Source: Tannockella kyphosi (GTDB taxonomy: Bacteria; Bacillota_I; Bacilli_A; Erysipelotrichales; Coprobacillaceae). Taken from it: a stretch of DNA of 32,000 nt. Numbering within the stretch: the stretch's first letter is position 1; each line of letters starts with the position of its first letter. A program made the position numbers and the translations under genes. The DNA is taken from assembly GCF_021054785.1 (NCBI RefSeq), contig NZ_CP088239.1, forward strand, positions 2,010,001-2,042,000. The letters are read 5' to 3'. Of the stretch, positions 21,698 through 30,402 are shown piece after piece. The notes under the pieces were generated by a model. That model saw only the letters and a program-made list of their open reading frames with translations, did no database searches and was not told the origin of the DNA.

Positions 21698-24604
21698 CTA
21701 ATCCTCCAATCCTGTTGCTGCAAACAAGCTACGTAATCTTATTTTTACAGCCCCTAAGTTCGTAATTTCATCTATTTTTATTTGTGTATAGATTTTGTTT
21801 TTCTCTTCTAAAATATGACGTACTTCATCTGTTGTAATCGCATCTACACCACATCCAAAGGATACTAATTGTACTAAATTTATCATTGGATCATTGCTTT
21901 GTGCAATATATTTAGCACTAGAATATAATCTAGCATGATAAGTCCATTGATTTAAGACTTCTGTTTTTACATAATCTACTTTATGGCTTATCGCATCTTC
22001 ACATATTAGGACTGCTCCACAATCACATACTAAATTATCTATTCCATGATTGATTTCAGAATCTAAATGATAAGGTCTTCCTGCTAAGACAATAATTGGT
22101 AAATTATTGTCTTTTGCAATTGCTAAATATTTTTCCCCTTTATCTCTAATCTTTTGCATATAATGATCATATTCTTGATATGCTTTTTTACATGCTTTTT
22201 CTATTTCTTTTTTATTAAAAGGACCAAATTCTCTTTCTAATATAAGTTGTATTTTTTTAGGGAAATCTTTTTTACGATGAATACCTATATAATCATGAAT
22301 ATATTTTATATCATCTATTGCACTAATATTTGCTTTTACTACCTCTGGATAATAAGCAACTACCGGACAATTATAATGATTATCACTTTTTCCTTCTTTT
22401 AAATTATAAGACATACAAGGATAGAATATAGCATCTACTTGTTGTTCTAATAATACTTCCATATGTCCATGAATAAGCTTTGCTGGATAACAAACAGTAT
22501 CCGAAGGAATGGTATGTTGTCCTTTTACATAAACATCACGGGTAGATTCCGGTGATACATATACTCCAAAACCTAATTCTTTAAAGAACGTATGCCAGAA
22601 AGGTAGTAACTCAAACATATTTAAAGCGAAAGGAAGTCCTATTGTTTCTCTTGTTCCACTACAATTTTCATATTTTCTTAAATATCTTTTTTTATCATCA
22701 AACATATTATATTTTTCTTTTTTACTTTTTAACTGTAATGGCTTTTCACAACGATTACCACCTATAAAAATATTATTGTTTGCAAACGTATTCACTGTTA
22801 ATTTACAATGATTTGTACAACGATTACAGGTAACTGATTTTACAACATGTTTAAATTCTTGTAATTGTTCTAATGTCAAAATATTACTTTTTTCAATATT
22901 CTTTTCTTTTATATATAAAGCAGCTCCATAAGCTCCCATTAATCCTGAAAGCAAAGGTCTAGTAACCTCAATATTTAATTCCTTTTCAAAAGCACGTAAT
23001 ACTGCATTATTTAAGAAAGTTCCCCCTTGTACTACAATATGTTTCCCTAAAGATTCCGCATTAGCAACACGTATTACTTTATACAATGCATTTTTAACAA
23101 CACTAATCGCAAGCCCAGCTGAAATATCTTCTACACTCGCCCCATCTTTTTGTGCCTGTTTAACTGAAGAATTCATAAAAACAGTACAACGAGATCCTAA
23201 ATCTACTGGTCTTGGAGCAAATAATCCTGATTTTGAAAAATCTGCAATATCTTGATTCAATGCTCCTGCAAAAGTTTGTAAAAATGAACCACATCCAGAA
23301 GAACAAGCTTCATTTAAAAAGATATTATCAATTGCTTGATTTCTTATTTTAAAACATTTAATATCTTGACCACCTATATCAATAATAAAATCTACTTCTG
23401 GATTATATTTTTTTGCAGCTCTAAAATGAGCCATTGTTTCTACTAACCCAGCATCTCCTTGAAAAGCATTCTTTATTATTTCTTCTCCATATCCTGTTGT
23501 AGCAAGACCACCTATTTCAATTCCTGGAAATCTTGTATATAAATCAACTAAAAAATCTTTTACTAATAATACTGGTGATCCTTTATTTGACATATAAGCA
23601 GTATGTACTAATTTATCATCTTCACCTAAAACAACTGCTTTTAATGTGGTAGACCCAGCATCTATTCCTATATATGCTTTTCCTACTAAAGGAAAAGTTT
23701 CTATTTCTTGATCAATTCCATGACGATCACTAAATTCTTTATATTCTTTTTCATCTTTAAATAATGGTGCTAAACTACTATATCCACCACTTGTTTTATA
23801 ATTACTAATATCTTCTATTAATTGTTTCATATCAAAAACTTTTTCATCTTGATATAAAGCAGTCCCCATTGATACAAAGTATAATGAATTTTCAGGAAAT
23901 ATTCCCTTTAAATGCAATGCTTCATCAAATGTTTCTCTTAATTTAGAAAAGAAAGTAAGTGGTCCACCTAAATAAACAACATTCCCTTTTATTTCTCTAC
24001 CTTGAGCTAATCCTGCAATTGTTTGATTCGCTACCGCTAAAAAGATACTTGCTGCAATATCTTCCTTACGAGCACCTTGATTTAATAATGGTTGGATATC
24101 ACTTTTTGCAAATACACCACATCTTGATGCAATACTATATAATTTTTGACTATCTTTGGCATATTCGTTCATTTCTAAAGGGGTAATGTTTAGTAGCGTA
24201 GCCATTTGATCAATAAATGCACCAGTCCCACCAGCACAACTACCATTCATTCGCACTTCCATTACTCCATCTAAAAATAAAATCTTTGCATCTTCTCCAC
24301 CTAATTCTACTACACAATCACTTTCTGGTAATAATGTCTTTACTGCAAGTCTTGTAGCATATACTTCTTGTACAAAAGGAATATCCATTGTATTCGCAAA
24401 ACCCATTCCTGCTGAACCAGATATTTTAATGCTTACTTCTTTTTGATCAGGAAATTTGTTTGATATTTCTTCTAACATTTCTTTTGTCTTTGTTATTATT
24501 TGTGCAAAATGCCTTTGATAATTGCTATAAATAATTTCATTGTTTTCATTTAACACAACACACTTAAGTGTTGTAGACCCCACATCTAACCCTATTCTAA
24601 ACAT
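21698..24604 (-). CDS. CoA-substrate-specific enzyme activase-like protein: two BcrAD/BadFG (HgdC-type) ATPase domains fused to a DUF2229/HgdAB-like module
   Basis: Two ASKHA ATPase starts (FRIGLDVGSTTLKCVV and AYIGIDAGSTTLKAVV). Cys-rich linker CNRCTNHCKLTV...GGNRCEKP. The C-terminal third resembles the downstream gene product (DTVCYPAKL..., VSFGCGVDA). Start trimmed to the ATG at 24604 (GGGGAG Shine-Dalgarno). Confidence 0.85.
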   Translation of the reverse strand: MFRIGLDVGSTTLKCVVLNENNEIIYSNYQRHFAQIITKTKEMLEEISNKFPDQKEVSIKISGSAGMGFANTMDIPFVQEVYATRLAVKTLLPESDCVVELGGEDAKILFLDGVMEVRMNGSCAGGTGAFIDQMATLLNITPLEMNEYAKDSQKLYSIASRCGVFAKSDIQPLLNQGARKEDIAASIFLAVANQTIAGLAQGREIKGNVVYLGGPLTFFSKLRETFDEALHLKGIFPENSLYFVSMGTALYQDEKVFDMKQLIEDISNYKTSGGYSSLAPLFKDEKEYKEFSDRHGIDQEIETFPLVGKAYIGIDAGSTTLKAVVLGEDDKLVHTAYMSNKGSPVLLVKDFLVDLYTRFPGIEIGGLATTGYGEEIIKNAFQGDAGLVETMAHFRAAKKYNPEVDFIIDIGGQDIKCFKIRNQAIDNIFLNEACSSGCGSFLQTFAGALNQDIADFSKSGLFAPRPVDLGSRCTVFMNSSVKQAQKDGASVEDISAGLAISVVKNALYKVIRVANAESLGKHIVVQGGTFLNNAVLRAFEKELNIEVTRPLLSGLMGAYGAALYIKEKNIEKSNILTLEQLQEFKHVVKSVTCNRCTNHCKLTVNTFANNNIFIGGNRCEKPLQLKSKKEKYNMFDDKKRYLRKYENCSGTRETIGLPFALNMFELLPFWHTFFKELGFGVYVSPESTRDVYVKGQHTIPSDTVCYPAKLIHGHMEVLLEQQVDAIFYPCMSYNLKEGKSDNHYNCPVVAYYPEVVKANISAIDDIKYIHDYIGIHRKKDFPKKIQLILEREFGPFNKKEIEKACKKAYQEYDHYMQKIRDKGEKYLAIAKDNNLPIIVLAGRPYHLDSEINHGIDNLVCDCGAVLICEDAISHKVDYVKTEVLNQWTYHARLYSSAKYIAQSNDPMINLVQLVSFGCGVDAITTDEVRHILEEKNKIYTQIKIDEITNLGAVKIRLRSLFAATGLED

Positions 24605-24683
24605 AAGTTCTCCCCTCTGCATGCTTAATACTATATTATTAACACCTTTTACTTATTAATGCAATACTTTCATTTTCTTTACC

Positions 24684-24710
24684 ATAATAAAAAGCTCTTT
24701 TACAAGAGCT
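24684..24710 (-). terminator. Intrinsic terminator after mgtE
   Basis: Minus strand AGCTCTT-GTAA-AAGAGCT followed by TTTTATTATGG; the stem overlaps the TAG stop. Confidence 0.65.
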
Positions 24711-26043
24711 ACATTAATTTTGGTAAGAACATAGTTGCAAAACCTAAGAAAAATAAGAATCCTAAAATATCAGTAACCATTGTTACAAAAATACCACTTG
24801 CTAAAGCAGGATCAACATTACATCTCTTTAAAATCATTGGTACACAAAAACCAGCTATTGTTGCAATCATCATATTATTAATCATTGCCATCCCTGTAAC
24901 AATCCCAAAATAGATATTATCCGCAAATAAATACCCACCTATTGTTGCAATACAACCAACTGTAATCCCAGCAACCACACCTACACCAATTTCTTTGATA
25001 CATACTTTAAATGCATTTTCTTTCGTGATTTCACCTAAAGATAAGGCACGAACTACAATTGTTAATGATTGTGTTCCAGCACTTCCACCTAGTGCTGTAA
25101 CAATTGGCATTACTGTTGCAAGCATAACTACTTGTTCAATTGTTCCTTCAAAATAATTTACGACACATGCTGCAAGAGATGCAGTAAACAAATTAATCAT
25201 TAACCAGGGAGCACGACTTTTATAGGATTCTAAAAAAGTAGAATGGATTCTTTCTTCTGAATTAATCCCCCCCATTAAATGGATATCTTCTGTTGTTTCT
25301 TCTTCTAATACATCCATTACATCATCAAAATTAATAACCCCTAATAAATGATCTTCTTCATCTACTACTGGCATTAAGATATAACCATATTTTACAAACT
25401 TATTAGCAACTGCTTCTTGATCTTCACTATATAAAATCTTTTTAACATTCGTATTCGTAATAGATAACATCGGTGTTTCATCAGAACTTGTTATAATATC
25501 TCTTAATGATACTACTCCTTTTAAAACATTATTTTTATCTACTACATACAAATAATAAGATGCATCTTCTGAAACATTTGTTTGTAAAAACTCTATTGTT
25601 TTACGTACTGTATTTTTAGCAAATATGTCAATGTATTCCGTTGACATAATCCCCCCAGCACTTTCTGGATCATATTCTAATAAGGTTTGAATTTCTTCTC
25701 TATCTTCTAAACCAACTTTATCTAATAATTCTTTTTGTTCTTCTGGGTCTAATTCCCCTATTAAGTCTGTAATTTCATCATTACCCATCTCTTCTAAGAT
25801 AGCTTTTTGATGATCATCTACAAACAATTGTAATAATTCATATTGTTCTTCTGTTTCTGCTTCTTCTAATATATCAGCAATCATATCAGATGGTAAATTT
25901 TGTAAGATATTCTTCGCATTTTCTTCATCTTCATGAATTAAATCTAAAATGTCTGCTGGATGGACATGTCCTATTAGTTCTTTGACACGTATTTTTGATC
26001 CTTTTAATAAAAGATCTTTTAATTCTTCTTTGCGATTTGTCAT
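24709..26043 (-). CDS. mgtE: Magnesium transporter MgtE
   Basis: 444 aa: an acidic MgtE_N domain, a tandem CBS pair and a C-terminal 5-TM domain (…GGSAGTQSLT…, …VTMVTDILGF…). GGAGGAAAG Shine-Dalgarno. Confidence 0.95.
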   Translation of the reverse strand: MTNRKEELKDLLLKGSKIRVKELIGHVHPADILDLIHEDEENAKNILQNLPSDMIADILEEAETEEQYELLQLFVDDHQKAILEEMGNDEITDLIGELDPEEQKELLDKVGLEDREEIQTLLEYDPESAGGIMSTEYIDIFAKNTVRKTIEFLQTNVSEDASYYLYVVDKNNVLKGVVSLRDIITSSDETPMLSITNTNVKKILYSEDQEAVANKFVKYGYILMPVVDEEDHLLGVINFDDVMDVLEEETTEDIHLMGGINSEERIHSTFLESYKSRAPWLMINLFTASLAACVVNYFEGTIEQVVMLATVMPIVTALGGSAGTQSLTIVVRALSLGEITKENAFKVCIKEIGVGVVAGITVGCIATIGGYLFADNIYFGIVTGMAMINNMMIATIAGFCVPMILKRCNVDPALASGIFVTMVTDILGFLFFLGFATMFLPKLM

Positions 26044-26158
26044 GCTTTCCTCCTTTTATGGATTATTTGCACCCGGATGGTGGCAAATGATCTTCTTGTT
26101 CTTTGTTTATCTTCTGTTCGGGACTCATTTATAACCACCTACCTTTTCTCTATTCCTC

Positions 26159-26186
26159 ATTGTAACATAGTTATTCTTCTATTCAA
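26159..26186 (-). promoter_or_regulatory. Candidate mgtE promoter
   Basis: Minus strand TTGAAT - 16 nt - TACAAT, giving a leader of about 105 nt. Confidence 0.45.
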
Positions 26187-26245
26187 TAGCATTTTCTTGT
26201 TAATTTACTATGAATTGTTATAATAATATTATTAGGAGGGATTTT

Positions 26246-27223
26246 ATGAAATTAGCGACAGTTGGTACCGGTAGTATTGTGGACAAATTTTTGGATGCTA
26301 CTACAAAGAATGAAAACATAGAGGTAATAGCGATGTATTCTAGGAAAGAAGAAACTGCTAAGTATCTTGCAAATAAGTATTCTATTCCTTTTATTTATAC
26401 ATCTCTAGAAGATATGTTAGACAATCAAGAAATAGAATTTATTTATATTGCTTCACCAAATTCATTCCATTATCCCCAAGCCTTACAAGCACTACTTGCT
26501 GGTAAACATGTTCTATGTGAGAAACCTTTTTGTTCTACTACAAAAGAGTTAGATCATTTACGTACTATTGCAAAAGAAAAGAAGTTATTTTTATTCGAAG
26601 CAATTACAACCATTCATTTACCTAATTATTTAGAAATGAAAAAAAGATTATCTTCTATTGGTAAAATACATATGGTGGAATGTAACTTCTCTAAGTATTC
26701 TTCTCGATACAAGGAGTTTTTAAATGGAGATGTACCAAATGTATTTAACCCTGTTTTTTCTGGAGGAGCATTAGCAGATTTAAATATTTATAACCTCCAT
26801 TTTGTAATCAATCTTTTTGGTAAACCAACATCTTGTATTTATTATCCTAACTTAGAATATAATGGGATTGATTCATCTGGTGTCGCCATACTACAATATC
26901 CTAACTTTCAAGCAACATGCATTGCTTCTAAAACATCCAATGCTTATAACTTTGGTCAAATATCAGGAGAGAATGGGTATCTTTTCATAAAAGGTACTAG
27001 CACTTGTTTAGAATTAGAAGTTCATACATTAGAATCAATAGAAACAATTAACTTACAAACATATTCTAATAAAATGGTTTATGAATTAGCAGTATTTGAA
27101 AACATATATCTTACAAATGATTATGCTAGATGTTATCAACTATTAGATGATAGTTATGATGTATTATGTATCTTTGAAACACTTCGTAATCAAGCTAATC
27201 TAAAATATCATCATTATTTATAA
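26246..27223 (+). CDS. Gfo/Idh/MocA-family NAD(P)-dependent oxidoreductase
   Basis: N-terminal Rossmann MKLATVGTGSIVDKF and the family EKP motif (VLCEKPF). Start trimmed to the ATG at 26246 (AGGAGGG Shine-Dalgarno). Confidence 0.85.
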   Translation: MKLATVGTGSIVDKFLDATTKNENIEVIAMYSRKEETAKYLANKYSIPFIYTSLEDMLDNQEIEFIYIASPNSFHYPQALQALLAGKHVLCEKPFCSTTKELDHLRTIAKEKKLFLFEAITTIHLPNYLEMKKRLSSIGKIHMVECNFSKYSSRYKEFLNGDVPNVFNPVFSGGALADLNIYNLHFVINLFGKPTSCIYYPNLEYNGIDSSGVAILQYPNFQATCIASKTSNAYNFGQISGENGYLFIKGTSTCLELEVHTLESIETINLQTYSNKMVYELAVFENIYLTNDYARCYQLLDDSYDVLCIFETLRNQANLKYHHYL

Positions 27224-27280
27224 TCATCTAGCTAGTAATATTTTATAAATATTATATACTATTTATATCGGAGGAATTTT

Positions 27281-27628
27281 ATGAAAACATTTATATTATA
27301 TCCTAAATGTTCTACTTGCATAAAAGCTAGAAAACATTTAGAAGAAAAGGGTATTGATTTTACACAAAGACATATTGTAGAAGAGGCTTTTAATTTTGAT
27401 GAGTTATTAGAAATATACAAAATGAGTGGTTATCCACTAAAAAAATTCTTTAATACATCAGGTATCAAATACCGTGAGTTAGGTCTAAAAGATAAGTTAC
27501 CTTTAATGAGTGAAGAAGAACAATTACATTTACTAGCAAGTGATGGTATGTTAGTAAAAAGACCTATCTTAATCGATGGATCATCTATTCTTATTGGTTA
27601 CAAAAAAGAAGAATATAATAACTTATAA
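27281..27628 (+). CDS. ArsC/Spx/YffB-family thioredoxin-fold protein
   Basis: 115 aa. N-terminal YPKCSTCIKARKHLEEKGIDF (CxxC context as in Spx/YffB), FFNTSGIKYREL, LVKRPILIDG. Whether it is a regulator or a reductase cannot be decided from sequence. Confidence 0.8.
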   Translation: MKTFILYPKCSTCIKARKHLEEKGIDFTQRHIVEEAFNFDELLEIYKMSGYPLKKFFNTSGIKYRELGLKDKLPLMSEEEQLHLLASDGMLVKRPILIDGSSILIGYKKEEYNNL

Positions 27629-27636
27629 ACATAAAA

Positions 27637-27671
27637 GGGGCATTCATTGTTTAGATGAATACTCCTTTTTA
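27637..27671. terminator. Bidirectional terminator between the ArsC-family gene and the helicase gene
   Basis: GGGGCATTCAT-TGTTTAG-ATGAATACTCC-TTTTT (11-bp stem with one mismatch and one G.U). The complementary strand also ends in TTTTATGTTTAT. Confidence 0.6.
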
Positions 27672-27706
27672 TATGCTTCGTTTCTTGCCACAACATAAAT
27701 GAACAG

Positions 27707-30385
27707 CTATTCCAAAGCACCCTTTACTCGCTTGCCTGTGATACTTCTTTCTTGTTTATTAGAAAAAGCTTTCTTTCTTCCTTTTAACAAGATTTTACGT
27801 CCTTCACTATTTCTTGTATAAATAACTTCATATTTTCCAATATAAGGAGTCATTGATTTTGCAAACATTTCAGCATCCTCTTTGCGTTTTGAAAAGATAT
27901 CTGGTATTGCAAAATATCCATAGACATTATTTTTATGTTTTTTAGAATATAAAATGTATCGTTGATTATCTATTGTTTCAAAAAATTCTGCTACACTTTT
28001 AGAAAACAATGCTTGATCTTGTCCTGTTCCACCTTTTAAATAAATATTTGATGCTAGAGGTGTTGAAGTAACTTCTACTCGATTGATAGAGGACTCAAAT
28101 AAACTTCTTTGTTCTAATGCTTTTCTTATGCCTTTACCAATACTTCCTAAAGAACGAACTGGACTTCCTAAAGAAATAAACTGCTTTATTACTAACAAAT
28201 AATAAATAAGTGCCATAAAAGCGGTAATACCAACTAATAAATAACAAAACTCTTTAGTGACTGAAAATGTAGAAAGTAGGACATTAAATTCAATATTTAT
28301 TAAAATAGTATAACCTACTGAAAATAAAAATACTCTTATAAAATCTACTAAAAAAAATGAAGTTAATACCTTGTTTTTTACAGATACCTCTTGGTTTATT
28401 TCGATATCATTTGCTATTGTTAGAGCTTCTTGCCATCTTTTTAACAATACTTCTCGTTTAGAAGATCGTTCTAACATTTCATTATTAAAACGTTTTGTTT
28501 GTCCTTTTGTTTGATTGAACTTCGTTACATCCATGATTCGTTCTACTCCCGTTTCTATCACGTTTAAGGAGCGGTGTAACCCTAAGAAGTGTTCCATCCT
28601 TCTTACCAATGTTTCCATATCATCATTTGCTACAAAATCTTCTACATTTTGTTGTATTTTTTCAATACAAGCAAGATGCCATATATTACTTGTTTTATTT
28701 GGATCTCTTACATAGCTTCTAATTGCTCTACCACGCATTTGATTACTTAACATAAAACTTCCTACAAAACTTGCTAGAATTAAAGAATTGACACAAGGTG
28801 AATCCCATCCTTCTCCTAATAATGCCTTTGTTCCAATTAATACCTCTACTTCCCCTTCCTCAAAAAGTTTAGTCACTATCTCTGTTAAACAATGACGATC
28901 CCCTCGAATCTTCACCTCATTGTAACTACTTTCCCCTAGTTTCCCTAATGAATTAAATGATATTTTATCTTTTTTATCAACTAATTCTAGTAATCTTTCT
29001 TTGGCTTGATTTGGGATAATTACAATACTTCCACATAATACTCCTAATTTTACATTTGTTTTTCTTTGTTCATTTTCTCTTCTTAACAATTCAAATATTG
29101 GGATAACACCCAATGCATGTACTTCTAATTCTTTATTACCAATTGCTTGTAAATAATCTTTTTTTATATAATCACATAAAATTAATAGCCTTAGTTTTTC
29201 CTTCATACTACTATATTCATAGAAACAAATATCTTTTATACTTTCACACTTTCCTATTGAACGAACAAGTCCTTTTTTTATACTTGGTTTTGATACTAGT
29301 GTAACTTTGCGATTTTCAATTAGACCATATGTTTTTAATTTTGCTATATATTTTTCTTGTTCTTCTTTTGTTATAGAAAAGGATTCTGTATCTTGATAAA
29401 GCATGTTTTGTAATAGTATTTCTAACCATTTTTCTGACATCTTTTCTAAATGTGTATATCCTAATAATTTTCTATAATTTCTAGGTACTTTATGATTCTT
29501 ATGGTTTATATAAATAAGTAAAGAGGATAAGTACGCAGGATTATCAAGTATTTTATCCATATCTACCGTATTTTTAAATATATCATGAGATACTATTATT
29601 TTTTCTAACTGTTCATCTGCCATGAACTCTTCCATCAACGCTTTTCTAGCATTCTCGAAGTCTTTTAGTTTTGCTTGTTCTTCTTTGGTTGGATAGTTAA
29701 TATAAACATAATCTTGATGTGGACATAAGTTGCCATCTTTCACTAGTTCTGGTACCGTTATTTCTTCATCTATTTGACCACACATTTTCATATAACGTAA
29801 CCACATTTCTGGGGATGAATCATATGGGGGTGTTGCTGTTAGTGCAATAGTATAACTTAGTTTTGTTTGTTTATTAAAATCTTCTAGTGATTTCCACCAT
29901 TCATTTCTTAGATGATGACATTCATCCAAACAAATCGTTTTTATTTTATTTTTACTAATTTCTGCTAATAAGTCAAATCCTTCAAAATCAACTTCTTCTT
30001 GATAAGAAATATCTTCATCACATTCTTCAATCAATGTTCCTTTGTATTGTTTCATTGCACTATGAATTGCTTGATAGGAAGTTACTGTAATTAACTTCAT
30101 ATCTCTTAGATTTTGTGATAACACATCCGATGATACGACACCTTCTTTTAAAAATGCCTCCTCCATACGATGAATCCATTGTTCACGAATTGTAATAGTT
30201 GGTACTAATACAATACAAGGTTCATTCATTAAACGTATTAATTCTATTCCTAAGGTTGTTTTCCCAGAACCAGGAGCTGCAACTATATGAACTTTCCCAT
30301 CTCTTTTATAATCATAGTACTTATCTAAAACACGTTGTTGGTATTTTCTCCACGTTCCTTTAAAACATAATATGTTTTGATACAT
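27707..30385 (-). CDS. Superfamily-2 (DEAD/DEAH, ResIII-like) helicase with an internal transmembrane hairpin and an unassigned C-terminal domain
   Basis: 892 aa. Motif I AAPGSGKT, motif II DECHH, motif III TATP, motif VI QMRGRAIR. Residues about 673-739 (nt about 28169..28369) are hydrophobic: SFFLVDFIRVFLFSVGYTILINI and FCYLLVGITAFMALIYYLLVI. A 153-aa basic tail follows, in which I recognise no motif. GGGAG Shine-Dalgarno, 17 nt after the upstream gene. Confidence 0.85.
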   Translation of the reverse strand: MYQNILCFKGTWRKYQQRVLDKYYDYKRDGKVHIVAAPGSGKTTLGIELIRLMNEPCIVLVPTITIREQWIHRMEEAFLKEGVVSSDVLSQNLRDMKLITVTSYQAIHSAMKQYKGTLIEECDEDISYQEEVDFEGFDLLAEISKNKIKTICLDECHHLRNEWWKSLEDFNKQTKLSYTIALTATPPYDSSPEMWLRYMKMCGQIDEEITVPELVKDGNLCPHQDYVYINYPTKEEQAKLKDFENARKALMEEFMADEQLEKIIVSHDIFKNTVDMDKILDNPAYLSSLLIYINHKNHKVPRNYRKLLGYTHLEKMSEKWLEILLQNMLYQDTESFSITKEEQEKYIAKLKTYGLIENRKVTLVSKPSIKKGLVRSIGKCESIKDICFYEYSSMKEKLRLLILCDYIKKDYLQAIGNKELEVHALGVIPIFELLRRENEQRKTNVKLGVLCGSIVIIPNQAKERLLELVDKKDKISFNSLGKLGESSYNEVKIRGDRHCLTEIVTKLFEEGEVEVLIGTKALLGEGWDSPCVNSLILASFVGSFMLSNQMRGRAIRSYVRDPNKTSNIWHLACIEKIQQNVEDFVANDDMETLVRRMEHFLGLHRSLNVIETGVERIMDVTKFNQTKGQTKRFNNEMLERSSKREVLLKRWQEALTIANDIEINQEVSVKNKVLTSFFLVDFIRVFLFSVGYTILINIEFNVLLSTFSVTKEFCYLLVGITAFMALIYYLLVIKQFISLGSPVRSLGSIGKGIRKALEQRSLFESSINRVEVTSTPLASNIYLKGGTGQDQALFSKSVAEFFETIDNQRYILYSKKHKNNVYGYFAIPDIFSKRKEDAEMFAKSMTPYIGKYEVIYTRNSEGRKILLKGRKKAFSNKQERSITGKRVKGALE

Positions 30386-30402
30386 TTTATTTCTCCCTGT
30401 CT

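Noticed and set aside
26044-26160. Canonical M-box (ykoK) Mg2+ riboswitch upstream of mgtE
   Set aside because: The leader is only about 105 nt. It lacks the conserved GUGCUAAAGCUC block and the multi-helix architecture, and only short fragments resemble M-box sequence. It is kept as an unassigned structured leader in the findings.
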